DNA of 63,285 nucleotides, filler included, from Reticulomyxa filosa (taxonomy: Eukaryota > Protista > Foraminifera): NCBI GenBank assembly GCA_000512085.1. It is 11 parts of 11 records of this genome, joined end to end, with 100 filler letters (N's around TTAATTAATTAA, not from the genome) between each part and the next. Parts side by side here need not be neighbours in the genome. Positions count along the whole stretch, not along the records: positions 1 to 1,576 come from ASPP01035607.1; positions 1,677 to 2,722 come from ASPP01026945.1; positions 2,823 to 16,961 come from ASPP01000591.1; 8 more parts are not named here. One strand, 5' to 3'. Under the pieces are notes generated by a model. It saw nothing but the letters and a program-made list of their open reading frames with translations, was not told the DNA's origin and searched no databases. This document shows, piece by piece, positions 1 through 12,112 of this stretch; the stretch's first letter is position 1; every line of letters begins with the position of its first letter. The position numbers and the translations under genes are program-made.

Positions 1-1515
1 ACGCTCTAAAGATTGGAACATCAAGCAGTTTTTGAGAAATGAAAAGGAGTAAGAAGACGATAATAACTGGGTCGTGGGATTGATCAATTTGTCCATTGTG
101 CCAAACATAGTCTCGAGAGTGTATCGAAAGTTGGTTTGGCATGTGTCATTGTCCCAATCTTCCACGTGTTGAACGACACATAACAAGTCGTACACAAAAC
201 GTGTGCGATGTTGTATTGTCCAATTGCCTGCATTGCAAGCTGTTTTGATTACATCGAGAAGGATATTTTTCTCTTTTAAAAATCCATGATTGAGTGCCAC
301 CATCATATCCAATGGTATTTGCTTTTGTGGAACAGAAGAAGAAGAAGAAGAAGAGACATTCACTATCCACTTATGTCTCATTCCAAGTGTTTTCATATAC
401 AATTGTCGACATACCAACAAAATATCTTGTCCTATTGATTTTTGATCTTGATTTCCATTTTGTTTTCGTTTATTTCTCCAAAATTGCAAAATGATTCTCA
501 TTGCATTACAGATCATATCCATTTTGAATACAAATTCTTGCTCTTTACTCTCTTGCGATAAATATCGCAAGAAAGAATTGCCCAATATCACTGCCACTGC
601 CATCAATTGATCCAATGGGTTTTTATCTGCTTTCGACAATGTTTCAATGATATCTGAAAGATTGATATCATTTTTGCAAAGAGATAACAATAGCACAAAT
701 TGGACAATGACATTATCAAAATGATAAAAAACTGATTCGATCATTGGAATGTGAATACGATTATTTTTCCCACTCACCAGCCAAATCATGCAAAATACAA
801 TGCCTTTAATACAGGCACAGAGCTGATCATCTCCTTTCAATTTAATATACATGTGATACTTTCCTCGAATCACATCTTTTGTATAATATTCACAACTTTG
901 AGGATTGCATTTATTCAACAATGTAAAAGGCTCATTACGTGTTTGCAAAATATCTTTCAGTCAATTTACACTTTTCTTCACGCCTTCATTTGAACTTATT
1001 ACTATTTTGTCTTGTTGCGCGTGTTTCGTGTTGCCAGAAGATAGGAGTGATTCCATCGTACCCGAAATGTTTCCAAAGCATCGGACATGGAAATTCCAAC
1101 TGAATGGAAACTGTGTTTCAGTAATAATAATAAAAACAACCTTAAAGTAGTAATTATCATAAAATGATAAAAGCGCTCGTGTCCATCCCACAGTAACTAT
1201 ATAATCGACGACATTTTGATATTCTTTAACGAGATTGTAGCAATGCATGGCATTGAGATTTTGTTGAAAACTGTCATTTACTTCACAAAACACGTCGTCT
1301 GTCGAAATAGTTTCTTGTATTGTCCATTGCAGTCGTTGTATCATTATACTTTGGATTTTTGTCCATTTGGGGTCTTGCATACCAAATAAATTGGAGAGTG
1401 CAAAGGGAGCATCAATCAAATGTGAAAATTTTAAATGATAAAATCCGCATTGCAGAGTTTTGTTCAGCACCTGTTCATCGGCCATAACATTCAATGCCCA
1501 AAAATAAATAATCAT
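1..1515 (-). CDS. Partial hypothetical protein, truncated by the window start and the first spacer; one in-frame TGA at 961-963
   Basis: ORF 1515..961 continues past its TGA in the same frame with no stop for 320 codons to position 1 (LKDILQTRNE...MFQSLER; translated by hand, absent from the ORF track). No family recognised. Confidence 0.55.
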
Positions 1516-1576
1516 ATATAAATATTATATACATATATATATACATATATATTAATATACGTGTGATTATTTGCAA

Positions 1577-1676
1577 NNNNNNNNNNNNNNNNNNNNNNNN
1601 NNNNNNNNNNNNNNNNNNNNTTAATTAATTAANNNNNNNNNNNNNNNNNNNNNNNNNNNNNNNNNNNNNNNNNNNN
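1577..1676. other. Artificial contig/gap spacer N44-TTAATTAATTAA-N44
   Basis: Exactly 100 nt; the central 12-mer puts stops in all six frames; identical to nine other copies. Confidence 0.98.
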
Positions 1677-2722
1677 CTCTGGAGCATTTTGAAGAAAATT
1701 GATATGTAAAATGGATTTTCCATTTTCGCGTTAAAATACTTGCCGTCAGTGATTCAATAGATGAAATTTATTCATTCTCATTTTAATAATCGTTTGGCAC
1801 AAGAACAAGTTGAACAAAGGCCAAGATAATTTTTAGTAAAGTATACAATGCAACGTCGTAAAGAAAGTAATTAGTATGGCGAAGCCAAATGGAATAAGGA
1901 GCGGCAAGGGTTTGTGAAGGAATGGAATCACGTCCGACAAGGACAAACGACGAAAAAAAGAAAATGCAGGCAGCAGCAAAGACGAAAAAGAACAATCGAT
2001 GACAGGGTCAACGCACTTGGGATTGGGATATTTTCGAAATTATTTGGCGATTGAAGATGCCTTGAATCAATGTCAGGTCGTGACATTCCAAAAGATTATT
2101 GGTACTGGATCAAGAAGATGTTCCATTGTGGACCGCCATGGAGTGTGGAACTGGAGGATCATTGCAGACCAGTAAAATGATTCGTTTAATCTTGAATCAT
2201 TTGATCACTATCAATAATTCTTGTTTGATGAAGTGGCATCAGTTTACTTTCCTTTTTTTAAAATTTGTCAAGGGATTGAGAACAACATAACTGGAAAAAA
2301 GGACGAAAAGAAGGAAAGCGACGAAAATCGAGAAAGGAGTTGTGTGAAACTTAAGATTACATGCAAACAGGAAGATTAAGAAGATGATGAAGAAAAGAAA
2401 GAGATGATTCCAAGAGTCCGGGGGGCTATACCATTGGATTTGTTTTGTTTTTTTTATAAAAAAAAACTGTTGTCGATTTTGCTGTGTTTGGTAGTGGAAT
2501 GGCTCTTCACGCAATCGAGTGGCGATTTTGCGCGTTCTCAGATATGGACGGACTTCACATAGAGTCTCCACAATGGAACTGCTGAATGAGTGTGGCAATG
2601 TCAAGGCAGTGGCAAGCTAAATCATTGAAAGGATTTGTATATTCATACGTTGATAGCGAACAAGTCTCTGCTTCTTATTCAACAACAACGGCATGAACAG
2701 TTACAATGAAATTCGGTCTGGC

Positions 2723-2822
2723 NNNNNNNNNNNNNNNNNNNNNNNNNNNNNNNNNNNNNNNNNNNNTTAATTAATTAANNNNNNNNNNNNNNNNNNNNNN
2801 NNNNNNNNNNNNNNNNNNNNNN
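2723..2822. other. Artificial contig/gap spacer
   Basis: N44-TTAATTAATTAA-N44. Confidence 0.98.
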
Positions 2823-3271
2823 GTGTTCAGTTATTTTCTGAGCTGATTTTAATTCTTGCTCGAATGATTGTATGTTAAATTGATTAAACTGCAAATTTCT
2901 ATAGAAACTACATAATAATAACGATTTATTTTGATCATTACATGAAATTTCCACCTAACACGATTCATAACCAAATATATTGAATGTATCATGCATGCTA
3001 TTGAATGATCGTGATAATGAATGCAAATATCTTCGATATAACACTCCATATCTTCCTGTCTCACTCCAGTTATGAACATAAAGACACTGTAAATTATAAT
3101 GCCTTCTTCTTTGATCTAAATCCTTCTTGCAATAAACAGATATGGAGCTGCTTCTGATGCAAATTTTGTTCTAATATTTTGGCCTTGGAATAAAATCCGT
3201 TGAATATTGTTGTAAAGTATTTATGGTGAAACATTTTTTGCAACTCCTTTAAAAAAGTTGTCAAGTTTCAT
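2823..3271 (-). mobile_element. Degenerate non-LTR retrotransposon (LINE) ORF2 APE-endonuclease fragment
   Basis: Stitched frames give ILYNNI/NGFYSKAKILEQNLHQKQLHICLLQEGFRS (N-I-N-G...CLQE motifs) and IVLGGNFM (decayed GGDFN), with stops and frameshifts. Confidence 0.7.
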
Positions 3272-3633
3272 TGTTACGATAAGTCACGATTGTCAACTTT
3301 CTCAAAAATTTTCAAAAATCAATAAAATATTCAATTTTTGAATCAATTATGAAAGATTTAATAAAAAACCAAATCATATTAAAAACCACACGATTCATAG
3401 ATATTTTTAAAAATTATGTTTTTATGCTGTTTCTTCGAAAAGAAGATCAATTATCTAATAAATTTTTTCAGATATAATTAAGTCTTGTCCAATCACTTCG
3501 TTCCAAAAGGGACACAGTAATATAAAGAAACACAAAAAAGAGCCAAATGAAAAGATCAACAAAAATTTCTCAATATTACACAATTAACAATAATAAGTGA
3601 AAAAATATATTTTTCAAGTTTTTGTTACAATTG

Positions 3634-3861
3634 ACAGCTAAAAAAAAGATCCCCCAAAATGAACCCCTATGAACACTCATGCGTTTTTTCATGAAAAATT
3701 ACATTTATTCAAAATTCTTTTATTAAAAAACAAATACATTTTGGATTCTCCACGATGCGTAGATATTACTTAAAAAAGAATTTTTAATGGGTGTTGATTT
3801 TTCATGAAGAAACGCATGAATGTTTATAGAGGTTCATTTTAGTGGATCTTTTTTTGGCTGT
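3634..3861. repeat. Long imperfect inverted repeat, MITE/foldback-like
   Basis: Left arm acagctaaaaaaaagatcccccaaaatgaacccctatgaacactcatgcgttttttcatgaaaaatt matches the reverse complement of the right arm (acagccaaaaaaagatccactaaaatgaacctctataaacattcatgcgtttcttcatgaaaaatc); arms about 90 bp, non-coding. Confidence 0.85.
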
Positions 3862-4170
3862 TATATCAATCAACTGTTGCGAAAAATATTGCCCTTCACT
3901 TGTAATTATCATTGTTATTACTTTACAATGATCAACCGATCCTCTTAGTACTGCTTTCAAAATGTTGAAGTATCACAAAAATAGTTTGTTTAAATTAACG
4001 CGAATGGTACCTTTTTCTGGGACTAATTCTGGTGTGGGATGTCTTATGGCTATGATTGAATCACGCGAGTCAATGAGACAAAAAACCAACATTGAAAAAT
4101 GGTAAGCAATATTTTTTAAAGGTTTGCAAAACATATGAACACTTTTTGGTTTATTGAAAATTTTTTATTA

Positions 4171-5620
4171 TTATTTTTCCTTTGAATATTCATCTTCGAT
4201 TTCCTCTTGGATGAGTTCTTCAGTTATGTCTTCCAAGGTGATGGCTCCCAAAAATCTGACAGATCGAGGAATGGTGAGCCCTTTATCCAAACATTCGTTG
4301 ACAACATCAACATCTCGTGTAATAAGTGCAAAATGCGTCCTTTTATCTTGAAGATGTTTATAGCTTTGATCAATGGAGTTTCAGGGGCCATAATGACAGG
4401 CTTGCGTCTAACGCAGTCACCCAAAGTTACATTTGAATCTTTTTCCAACAGCAGATCCTTTTTTTATGAATCAAAAGAATAATGTTTTGTTCCAGCCCAA
4501 ATATAACACAAAAATTAAGAGGAAAAAAAGAAAGAGAATATGATATAACTTTGACTAAACAAATTCCGATAATGTCCATTTCGTGTTCTTTGTACACAGG
4601 AACCCGGGAAAATCCACTTTCCCAAATGGAAGCCATTCCATCTTCATCCAAAACCAGGCCGTAAGGAAAAGTTTTGACATCGTCCCATTTGACCATTTCT
4701 TTTTCAACAGTCAATTTTCGTAGCCTCAATGCGCCCTCTGTAACACACGCACCCTTTTATGTGATGTGTGAATATACTGAATGGACATGCTGTTGTGCGC
4801 GTGAGCACAGAACACATAACCCAATAATAGCAACTCGTTTCTGTCGAATTGCTGTCGCGTTTCGGCATACTCTTTGTCGGCGGCAATGACATCGAACAGC
4901 GTGGCCATTTCTTCGTGTGTAAACACAATTGAGTGTTCATGCTTGATAATTTTGTCTAACAGCCACGCCAGTGGATAAGTAATTGGGAAAGTGATTACTT
5001 CCAATACTTGGACCAGCCATCCAAAATAATATCCGGCCTTCAGTGGATCACTGGCAAGCCATGCTTGAGGGAAGATTTCGCCAAAAAATAGCACGATGAC
5101 CACAGACACAACGATGGCCAGCCACGATGATACCAGTTTGTCCAAAAAGATTGGCAATGATTCTAAAGACGCCGCATTACACACCAACAAGGTCACTAAC
5201 ATCAAATGTCGATTTTTTACTAATGGCTTAATACGCTCTGCGACCTGTTTTGTTCGTTCCATTTGTCTCAACTGTTGTTCTCAAATACACCATTACAATC
5301 AAAACACTGTTAACTTTTTTCTGTCTTTCATCGCCCGATTGCTCCAGAAACTTAATCTTCAAAGGATTCAGTGCCAACAGCGAGAGGTTAAGTCCACTTG
5401 TCAGACCGGCAAACAAAACACAAAATGTGGACAATAAGCCCCACAGTATCCACTCTTCCAGAGGGACGCTTTTAATTATCCCACCACCTCCTTCTGAATG
5501 TGCAAGTAAAGGAATTGGAACTCGCTCGTACGCTAAACCTTTATCATCAAAGTAGTGGCGGGTACCATTTGACCAATGCAGAATAGTCAAGGCCACAAAC
5601 TCTTCCAATCCTTTAGACAT
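4171..5620 (-). CDS. CNNM/Mam3-like metal transporter (DUF21 + CBS pair), 4 exons, apparent 1-nt frameshift near 4350
   Basis: FAGLTSGLNLSLL, HLMLVTLLVCNAASLESLPIFLD, LFFGEIFPQA, SGFSRVPVY, GAITLEDITEELIQEEIEDE; introns 5314-5245, 4820-4738, 4549-4458. Confidence 0.93.
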
Positions 5621-6152
5621 GATCTATGATTATCTAGCAAAGGCTTCCGCAAAAAAGTTTAATATTGTAACTTTGGCTAGTAATTTTCACGCTGCTTCTA
5701 CAACAAAATTGCAAAAAGTATGAATTGTGAAAACTGAAACAAAATATAATTTACTGCAAAGCATTGGAGATTGTTCACTTACATCAGAAGCAATTTTTGA
5801 ACAAAGTTGCACGATTCCCACGAGATGTGATGCTATTGCAATCCTATTTGGAATGACTACTTAAAGGTATCGAAATAACTTAATTCAACAAATTTTTGGC
5901 AGTGTTGTTATTTTTATTTCAGAATTGCTCTAATTAGAAGGACAAGCATGAAAAAATGTCATTGCTGATTTAGGGCAGAATCTTCATGCTTCATATTAAA
6001 TATAAATTGATCTGTCAGTCGTGGGATGATCATGAGAAAACTTAAAAAATAATGAGAAAAATGCAAATTATGACATATTACAAATTTTGTTAGAATTCAC
6101 TTGAGAATGGACAGTTCAGATATGAAAATAGAAACAAATAAATTTAGTAAAT

Positions 6153-8605
6153 TTATTTTCTCGTGTAAAATTTTGATAGATCGGGAATATCAAAATCGAA
6201 GGTATAATCCTTTAGCCAAACATTGACTATGGATTTGGTATGGCTTTCACTATTATGCTCCGCACTGGTAGTGTGACTTTTGTTATCCGCGATTCTAATT
6301 TCTGGTTTTTCGGAAAACCCCTTTCCATTATCAGGCTCCACCTCCATGGATTCTTTTATTGTTTTGCTATTTTCTGTTTCTTGTGACCATGGGACCTGAC
6401 ATTCATTCGTATTTTGATTCTGTTGCCAAAAATTGTTCCAATTTATTCCACCACTCTGCGCTATTTCTTCAAGCTTTGGAAAATCTGTACCGCAAATCTT
6501 TCCATGGAGTTGATATTCCATTGATTGAATGAAACTGCTCAGTGTTGTGTTTTTTATGGAAATCATAGCATGCTTGTCAGTTGCGCAATATTCCTCATTG
6601 TCGATAAAAGATTGCTTGGGCTCTGTTTTGGTACACAGAAAGTTTATTGAAATGAAAAAAAATGTGCTTCAGCTGTGCCACTCAACTGTTGGATATTTGG
6701 TCTGTCCTTACAAGCAACATGGAAACTGCCAAGTTTCCGTACATTTGGATGAGCCTTTGCGTAAATTCTTGAACAAATAATTCAGGAGTGGGTGCCAGTT
6801 TGAATTGTTTGGTATCTTTGAAGCCAATTATTTGAATATTATTTGTCACCCATGTCCCATTGTACTGAAACTGTGATTGTGTATTGCATATGCAAAGTGT
6901 TGAAAGAAAGAAAAGACAGTATTTTCTTATGTATCTTATTTGTCTTGGAATATACATCGCATCACCTGCACTTGAAAATCTTTTGAGTTTTTTGGAATCA
7001 ATGGCGAGTTTTGTAATTGATCTTTGAGTTTGTTGTCAATACGCTGCAGATAAAGCTAGTCAACAACATTATATATTGCGATCTGCTTTAAAAAGAAGAG
7101 TAAACACAAGTGCTGAAATGGAGTTGGGAATTTGGAGTTTGAGACACAGATGTCAGTATTGACAAAACTGATAAACCTTGTAACGTATGCTTGACACCGA
7201 CACTTTCGAGATAAACATCGTACTTGGGCAGAATGCCCAACAGAGATTTCGCTTGGCTTGCAGACAAACCATCAACGTTGGTATTTGTCAACTCTTCGGA
7301 AAAAGGCTGATGATGTTTCGTGTCCATTGATGCTTGTCTTGTTTGTTCCATTCTTGGATTGAGCGGCGTTTGCTGTATTTGTAATCTGTTGTTCGCTGGG
7401 AAATTATTCTTGCGACTTACAGCGCTGGTAGTGGATGCTTGTTCCAAATGGTTGTGCATGGCACTCCTATTGGCTCCAAGTGTCAGTGGTTGCTCAATGG
7501 TTTCCAACTTACAGGTCTCTTGACTGACACTTTTTTTTGATGGTGCTAATTTAAATACTAATCCGTCCTCTTTGTTAGTTGTCGTGTTCACTGACTTTGA
7601 TTGTGCATTCCCACGTTTTTTTGAGGAGAAAAAAAAGAAAGGTTTTCCAAACGACTCATGTTTTCAAATTCGATGTGCAAATAGATGTCACATATTCAAA
7701 AAAACATATGTGTTCAAGTTAACCATTGCAAAGTTTCCTTTGGAGTTAATTGACAAAAATTTTCCATTTTCCAATCTCAAATAATATTTACCGTCTCTGC
7801 TTTTGATTGCATCAAATCTGTACTCGCGACTTTTCAATTGCATTGCACGTTTTTTTTGGCTGAATTGCCAATATTGGTTTTCCATGGCTTTTATGGAAAT
7901 TAAAAAAGGTGCGCGGGTCTCTCGATCAAAACTGATACCAAAATTACCATGAAACAAACGTAAAAAGTGACTGCGCTTGCTCGCTGTATGTTTTGCCCTG
8001 TTTGTTTGTTTGCTTTGGAAATACACAAATCAACTGCTGATAAATGATGACATGAAAGAATCGCAAATCATTAGGATTGATTTCTTCCACAGAAACTGTT
8101 TGAAGCTTCCATTCATTCTGATCAAATTTTGCAACAACCTTTCGTCCGTTGCCGGTCTCTATTTCATGTAATCCTTCACAGATGATCGGAAGCGTTTCTT
8201 TGTCTTTGCTTTTTTCATCACTGCTCTCGACTTTTTTCTTAGATTTTTTTTTTATTTGCTACTTTTGATTCATTTGCATTGACAGCTTTATTTGGTTGCG
8301 CTCGTTTTCTGCTCAGATCCGTCTTGTTGATTGGTTGACAACCACAAATCAAAATTGTAAAACGAAAGGTCAGTTGTAGTGCTCCCAAAAAAACAACAAA
8401 AAGTACATATGATTACTTCACGAACAACAAAAATTTCATTTTGTAAGAGATATTCAGTTTTGTTTGTCTGATGACGCCTTTTGGATGAAACATCTGATAG
8501 CATCGAAGGATCGTTGCCAAGTGCTTCTGTTCGTGTTCTTTTCACAGAAGTTCTGCCATTACCCACTTTTTTTATACTTTTCTCAGTCTTATTGAATGGA
8601 TTCAT
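6153..8605 (-). CDS. Multi-exon hypothetical protein(s); exon structure unresolved
   Basis: Chain of same-strand coding-like segments (8605-8415, about 8370-7950, 7880-7710, 7591-7180, 6630-6153) separated by intron-like AT-rich stretches; no secure family. Confidence 0.45.
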
Positions 8606-8973
8606 TGTGATAAAAATTTATTGAAGCAAAGATATCACGATTAGTTTAGCAAAGAGCCATCCTTTGTGTTGGTTCATATAGAAAAATCTCCTTTGGCTCC
8701 TTTCCTTTGCAGCCCGTTAAGCATAACACAACTTGTACTCTCGTAGAAGTTCTGTTATGGATGAAAAACAAGCCACATTTGGAAAAGACCTTGTTAATGC
8801 ACTTAAAGCAAAATGTGGAGTCTAAAAGTAATTATTTCATTTTCACGCTTCTTAGAAAAAATTGTATTTTATGTCTAATACAAAACGAGTACGCGCTTAA
8901 AACCAGTTGTGATGGGTCTGACTTACTCAAGCTGTCCCTTTTAAGGAAAAATTGTTACAAACCATACGTCGCA

Positions 8974-10506
8974 ATGTTCAGCGAAAACACAAAGAACAAT
9001 TTAAGCTGCGTTCTACCTGATTTGATGAAAGAGTACCCACTACATCTTGGAAGTTCCTTTTATTCTTCTGAAGCCGACTCAAGCGTTTTTACAACGCTAA
9101 AATGTTAACAAGCCTTTGTGCGAAAAAACCTTTAGAATAGACAGACAATGACTTGTTCAAACCGTGTTATGAACAGATCACTTCAAACCAAGTAGTGTTG
9201 ACCAATCAGTTCCAGGGCACTTAGAATTGAAAAGTGGTCAAGCAATAGTGAAGCTTGCGACTCAAGTATGTGGTGTTTTTTTTTTTATCCAAACAAATAA
9301 ACAAAAAAATATTAAAAATTAATCCGAGTGAAAACGACAGGGTGTGAACTGTAAAAAAAAAAAGGGGCAGAAGGGAGAACAGGTATTCAAAAGTACTGCG
9401 TGCAAAACAGGTGGCCAAGATTATTTAGTGTGGTTTGACGAAGTGAACGAGCGTATGGTATTGGAGAAAATAGATATTTCGATAAACCAATTGAATGTGC
9501 AAAGGAATCAGAATGCGCAGCCAGCCTTTGGCAATGGGACAGTCAGCAGTGCGATGACGACAACAAACAAAGAGAGATTGAAGAATTTGCAAAAGTCAAA
9601 AGGCAAAAGTAAAAATATAGTGAAAAGCAATCCCACGACAAGCACTGAAAATGACAACAATGAAAATAATGACATTGACAATGGCAGTGATTTAGCAAAG
9701 AGTCGGCCCACCAACAAATCAAAAGCGAAGAATGGTTCGCCGAATCCTTCTTCAGATTCAGATGAAGTTCCAATTTGGCCCAACAATAACAACAATAATA
9801 ATAATAATAATAATAACAACAACAATAATAATAATAACAATACTCAGAAGAACAAAGGCAAAGATAAAAAAAAAACAATCACAAAAACATCGACGGAGAT
9901 GATGATAATGAAACAATCATGCCATTGTCTATGGCTTCAAAAAAAACTGTCAATCTCTATAATAATGGCTACACTGGCCATCAGAACAATAACTATAACA
10001 ATAGCGGCAATCTTTATAGTAACTTTGGTCACAGTGGTAATAATAGTAATTACACTACTCCGAATAATAGTTCTTATCCTGATAATAATGTTTATAATAA
10101 TACTAATAATAGCAATAATGTCATGCTGTCGAAACAGATACCATTTCAGACTTCCAATCCACCGACTCGTCATTTACTTTCGAAAAGAATGGACTCTAAT
10201 GAACATCAGTCAATCGCACCTTCTTTTCCGAACAACAATGATACTGATAATAGTCATTATTCATTTCACGTTGATAAGCAAACTCACAATGAGAGAAAGA
10301 CGCAAAGTGCATTGAGAGTTGACGAATTTTCCAGTCACTATAACAGCTTTCCTACAAATACTGAACCGTCGTCTCATCTTGTCGCTTCTCAACAATTCCA
10401 ATCCCAATCGCAAAGCTCTTCGAAAAAATCGCAACCTGGTCCACAATTGCCCACTCCTCTCTTTCCAAATGATTCAGAATCTGACGATTATATTTCGGAT
10501 CACTAA
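8974..10506 (+). CDS. EAF: ELL-associated factor (EAF) domain protein with long Asn/Ser-rich tail; frameshift in the A10 run at 9866-9875
   Basis: Spliced: EYPLHLGSSF...FTTLK/YHFKPSSVDQSVPGHLELK...VFKSTACK...DYLVWFDEVNERMVLEKID, matching the EAF pattern; introns 9104-9176 and 9266-about 9370. Confidence 0.78.
9782..9841 (+). repeat. (AAT/AAC)n microsatellite encoding poly-Asn
   Basis: Direct inspection. Confidence 0.95.
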
Positions 10507-11408
10507 ATCACAAACTTGTCATGCAATAATTCAATTCTGCCCAAAACAGTATCTTTCTTTTTTTCTTGGTTTTGTCTACTTTTTTTTTTGCATGAGTGCA
10601 ATAGCTTTTTGGAAATCAACACCCGCATGACTTTTAAAAAAAGCATTCATTTTCATGTCTCTCAAAGACGTTCTACATCAAAAATCATTGTTAGTAACTT
10701 AAATGAATTAGTCAAACAAATGTTGACTTTGAAACAATTTTTTGCCGTTCATCATCTGTATATTGAAACAAATTACCTTCTAATTTTAATTATAATGTTA
10801 AAAAAAATTCGACTACTTAATGGAATGAGCCCATTAAGATTTTTACTTGTTAAAAATAATGTTGGATTTGTCTTTCTCTATTTTGACGTTCTTTGAGGAA
10901 CATTAGATTAATGTAAAGTCAGGTTCTTTTTAAAATCTCAGTGTGCTAATTTATTTTGTGCAACAAAAATTATTGTTTCTCTAAATTAAACCTGGGAAAT
11001 GAATTTTTAAAATTTCATTCATTGGAGTATCGGATCAAATTTAATTAATTAGATTCTAAGGAAACTTTGCACTTGAATATGAGCATATTTTAATGAGCAA
11101 TAGATTCGTGTAGTTTGTCATTTGACACAACTGACTAAAATGTACCAAATTTACACAGAAATTTTTTGGCCAAAAATTTCTGGGTCTGGTAATGTCGCCA
11201 TTTTCTAATCTATCGCTTATTTATCGAATAGTTAACTGAAGAGAGTGAACGAAAGGTGGCATGGACATCAACAAAAAAGATGATATTGCCAATGATATCA
11301 AAGAACCCTCATACTTAACAAACAAAGTTTCATATGAGACAATTAAAAGAGTGCAGTTTGAAAAGTTGCAAAAAAAAAAATAGTTCATCAGACAGAAAAT
11401 TGAAATAA

Positions 11409-12112
11409 TTACTGTCTGAATGGAATGGAATGCAGTGATTTTTGCACACATGATGCATAATTTTCTATTAATTGACTGCAATTAAGTTTGGCAAAACTTT
11501 TGTCATAAAATGGTTTAGGGGTTGTCTTTCCGTCTTGCAGTAACGATGTTTCTGCCAAACAACCTGCAACATTCGTGTATTGCTCTCGACATATGTTGTC
11601 AATATCAAGTTTGTCCAGTTTTTCATTTGTTCCATATTTTTCTTTGTGTGCAAATACACGGTTGTCAATGTCAGTGATCAAATTGCTCTCAAATTCGCTT
11701 AAATCCATCACTGCACGGCCTTGCTCAAATGCGCTCTCTGTTAACTCACCTAAGATTTCATCAGCCTTTTTTTTAAAGAAAAAAATCATTGAATTTGAGC
11801 TCAAATTCATTTGATGTTTATTTTTTTGTATAATTAAGAGCGATTGAGGAAGCACAAGCTTTTTATTTTCTCACACCAAACTTTTGCTTGATTTCGGTTC
11901 GATGGATGTATTACATGATTATATATTGTTTCCGCGGCTTCAGTTAATTCTCGTGTTTGTTCATCATAACCAAGTAATCTCGCAGCAATGTTAGGACCGT
12001 AAGTAATTTGAATGACGTCTTCGTTTGAATACGACTCCTCACCAGACGTTTTGGCAACTGAAACAATGTCATTTGTTATAATAACCGAAGAGGAAGAATG
12101 TGAATGACCCAT
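11409..12112 (-). CDS. Mic19/CHCHD3-like MICOS subunit candidate (myristoylation motif + twin CX9C)
   Basis: N-terminus MGHSHSSS; intron 11881-11766 joins QAK/ADEILG in frame; C-terminal CREQYTNVAGC and CSQLIENYASC are both CX9C. Confidence 0.6.

Noticed and set aside
1621-1632. TTAATTAATTAA as a biological repeat, CRISPR repeat or target site
   Set aside because: Always centred in exactly 44+44 Ns, so it is an assembly linker
1677-2722. Coding-like sequence on the + strand
   Set aside because: Stops in all frames and no recognisable motif; probably a decayed gene but cannot be assigned
6900-6975. YIPRQIRYIRKY resembling the PTEN IPSQxRY motif
   Set aside because: No HCxxGxxR phosphatase loop nearby and the exon frame is uncertain
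9508-10173. Antisense and alternative-frame ORFs rich in L, I or Y (also at 14121-14746 and 47439-48428)
   Set aside because: By-products of AAT/GAC microsatellites and minisatellites within real genes
11766-11881. Apparent frameshift between ORFs 12112..11834 and 11855..11409
   Set aside because: Fully explained by a 116-nt GT-AG intron
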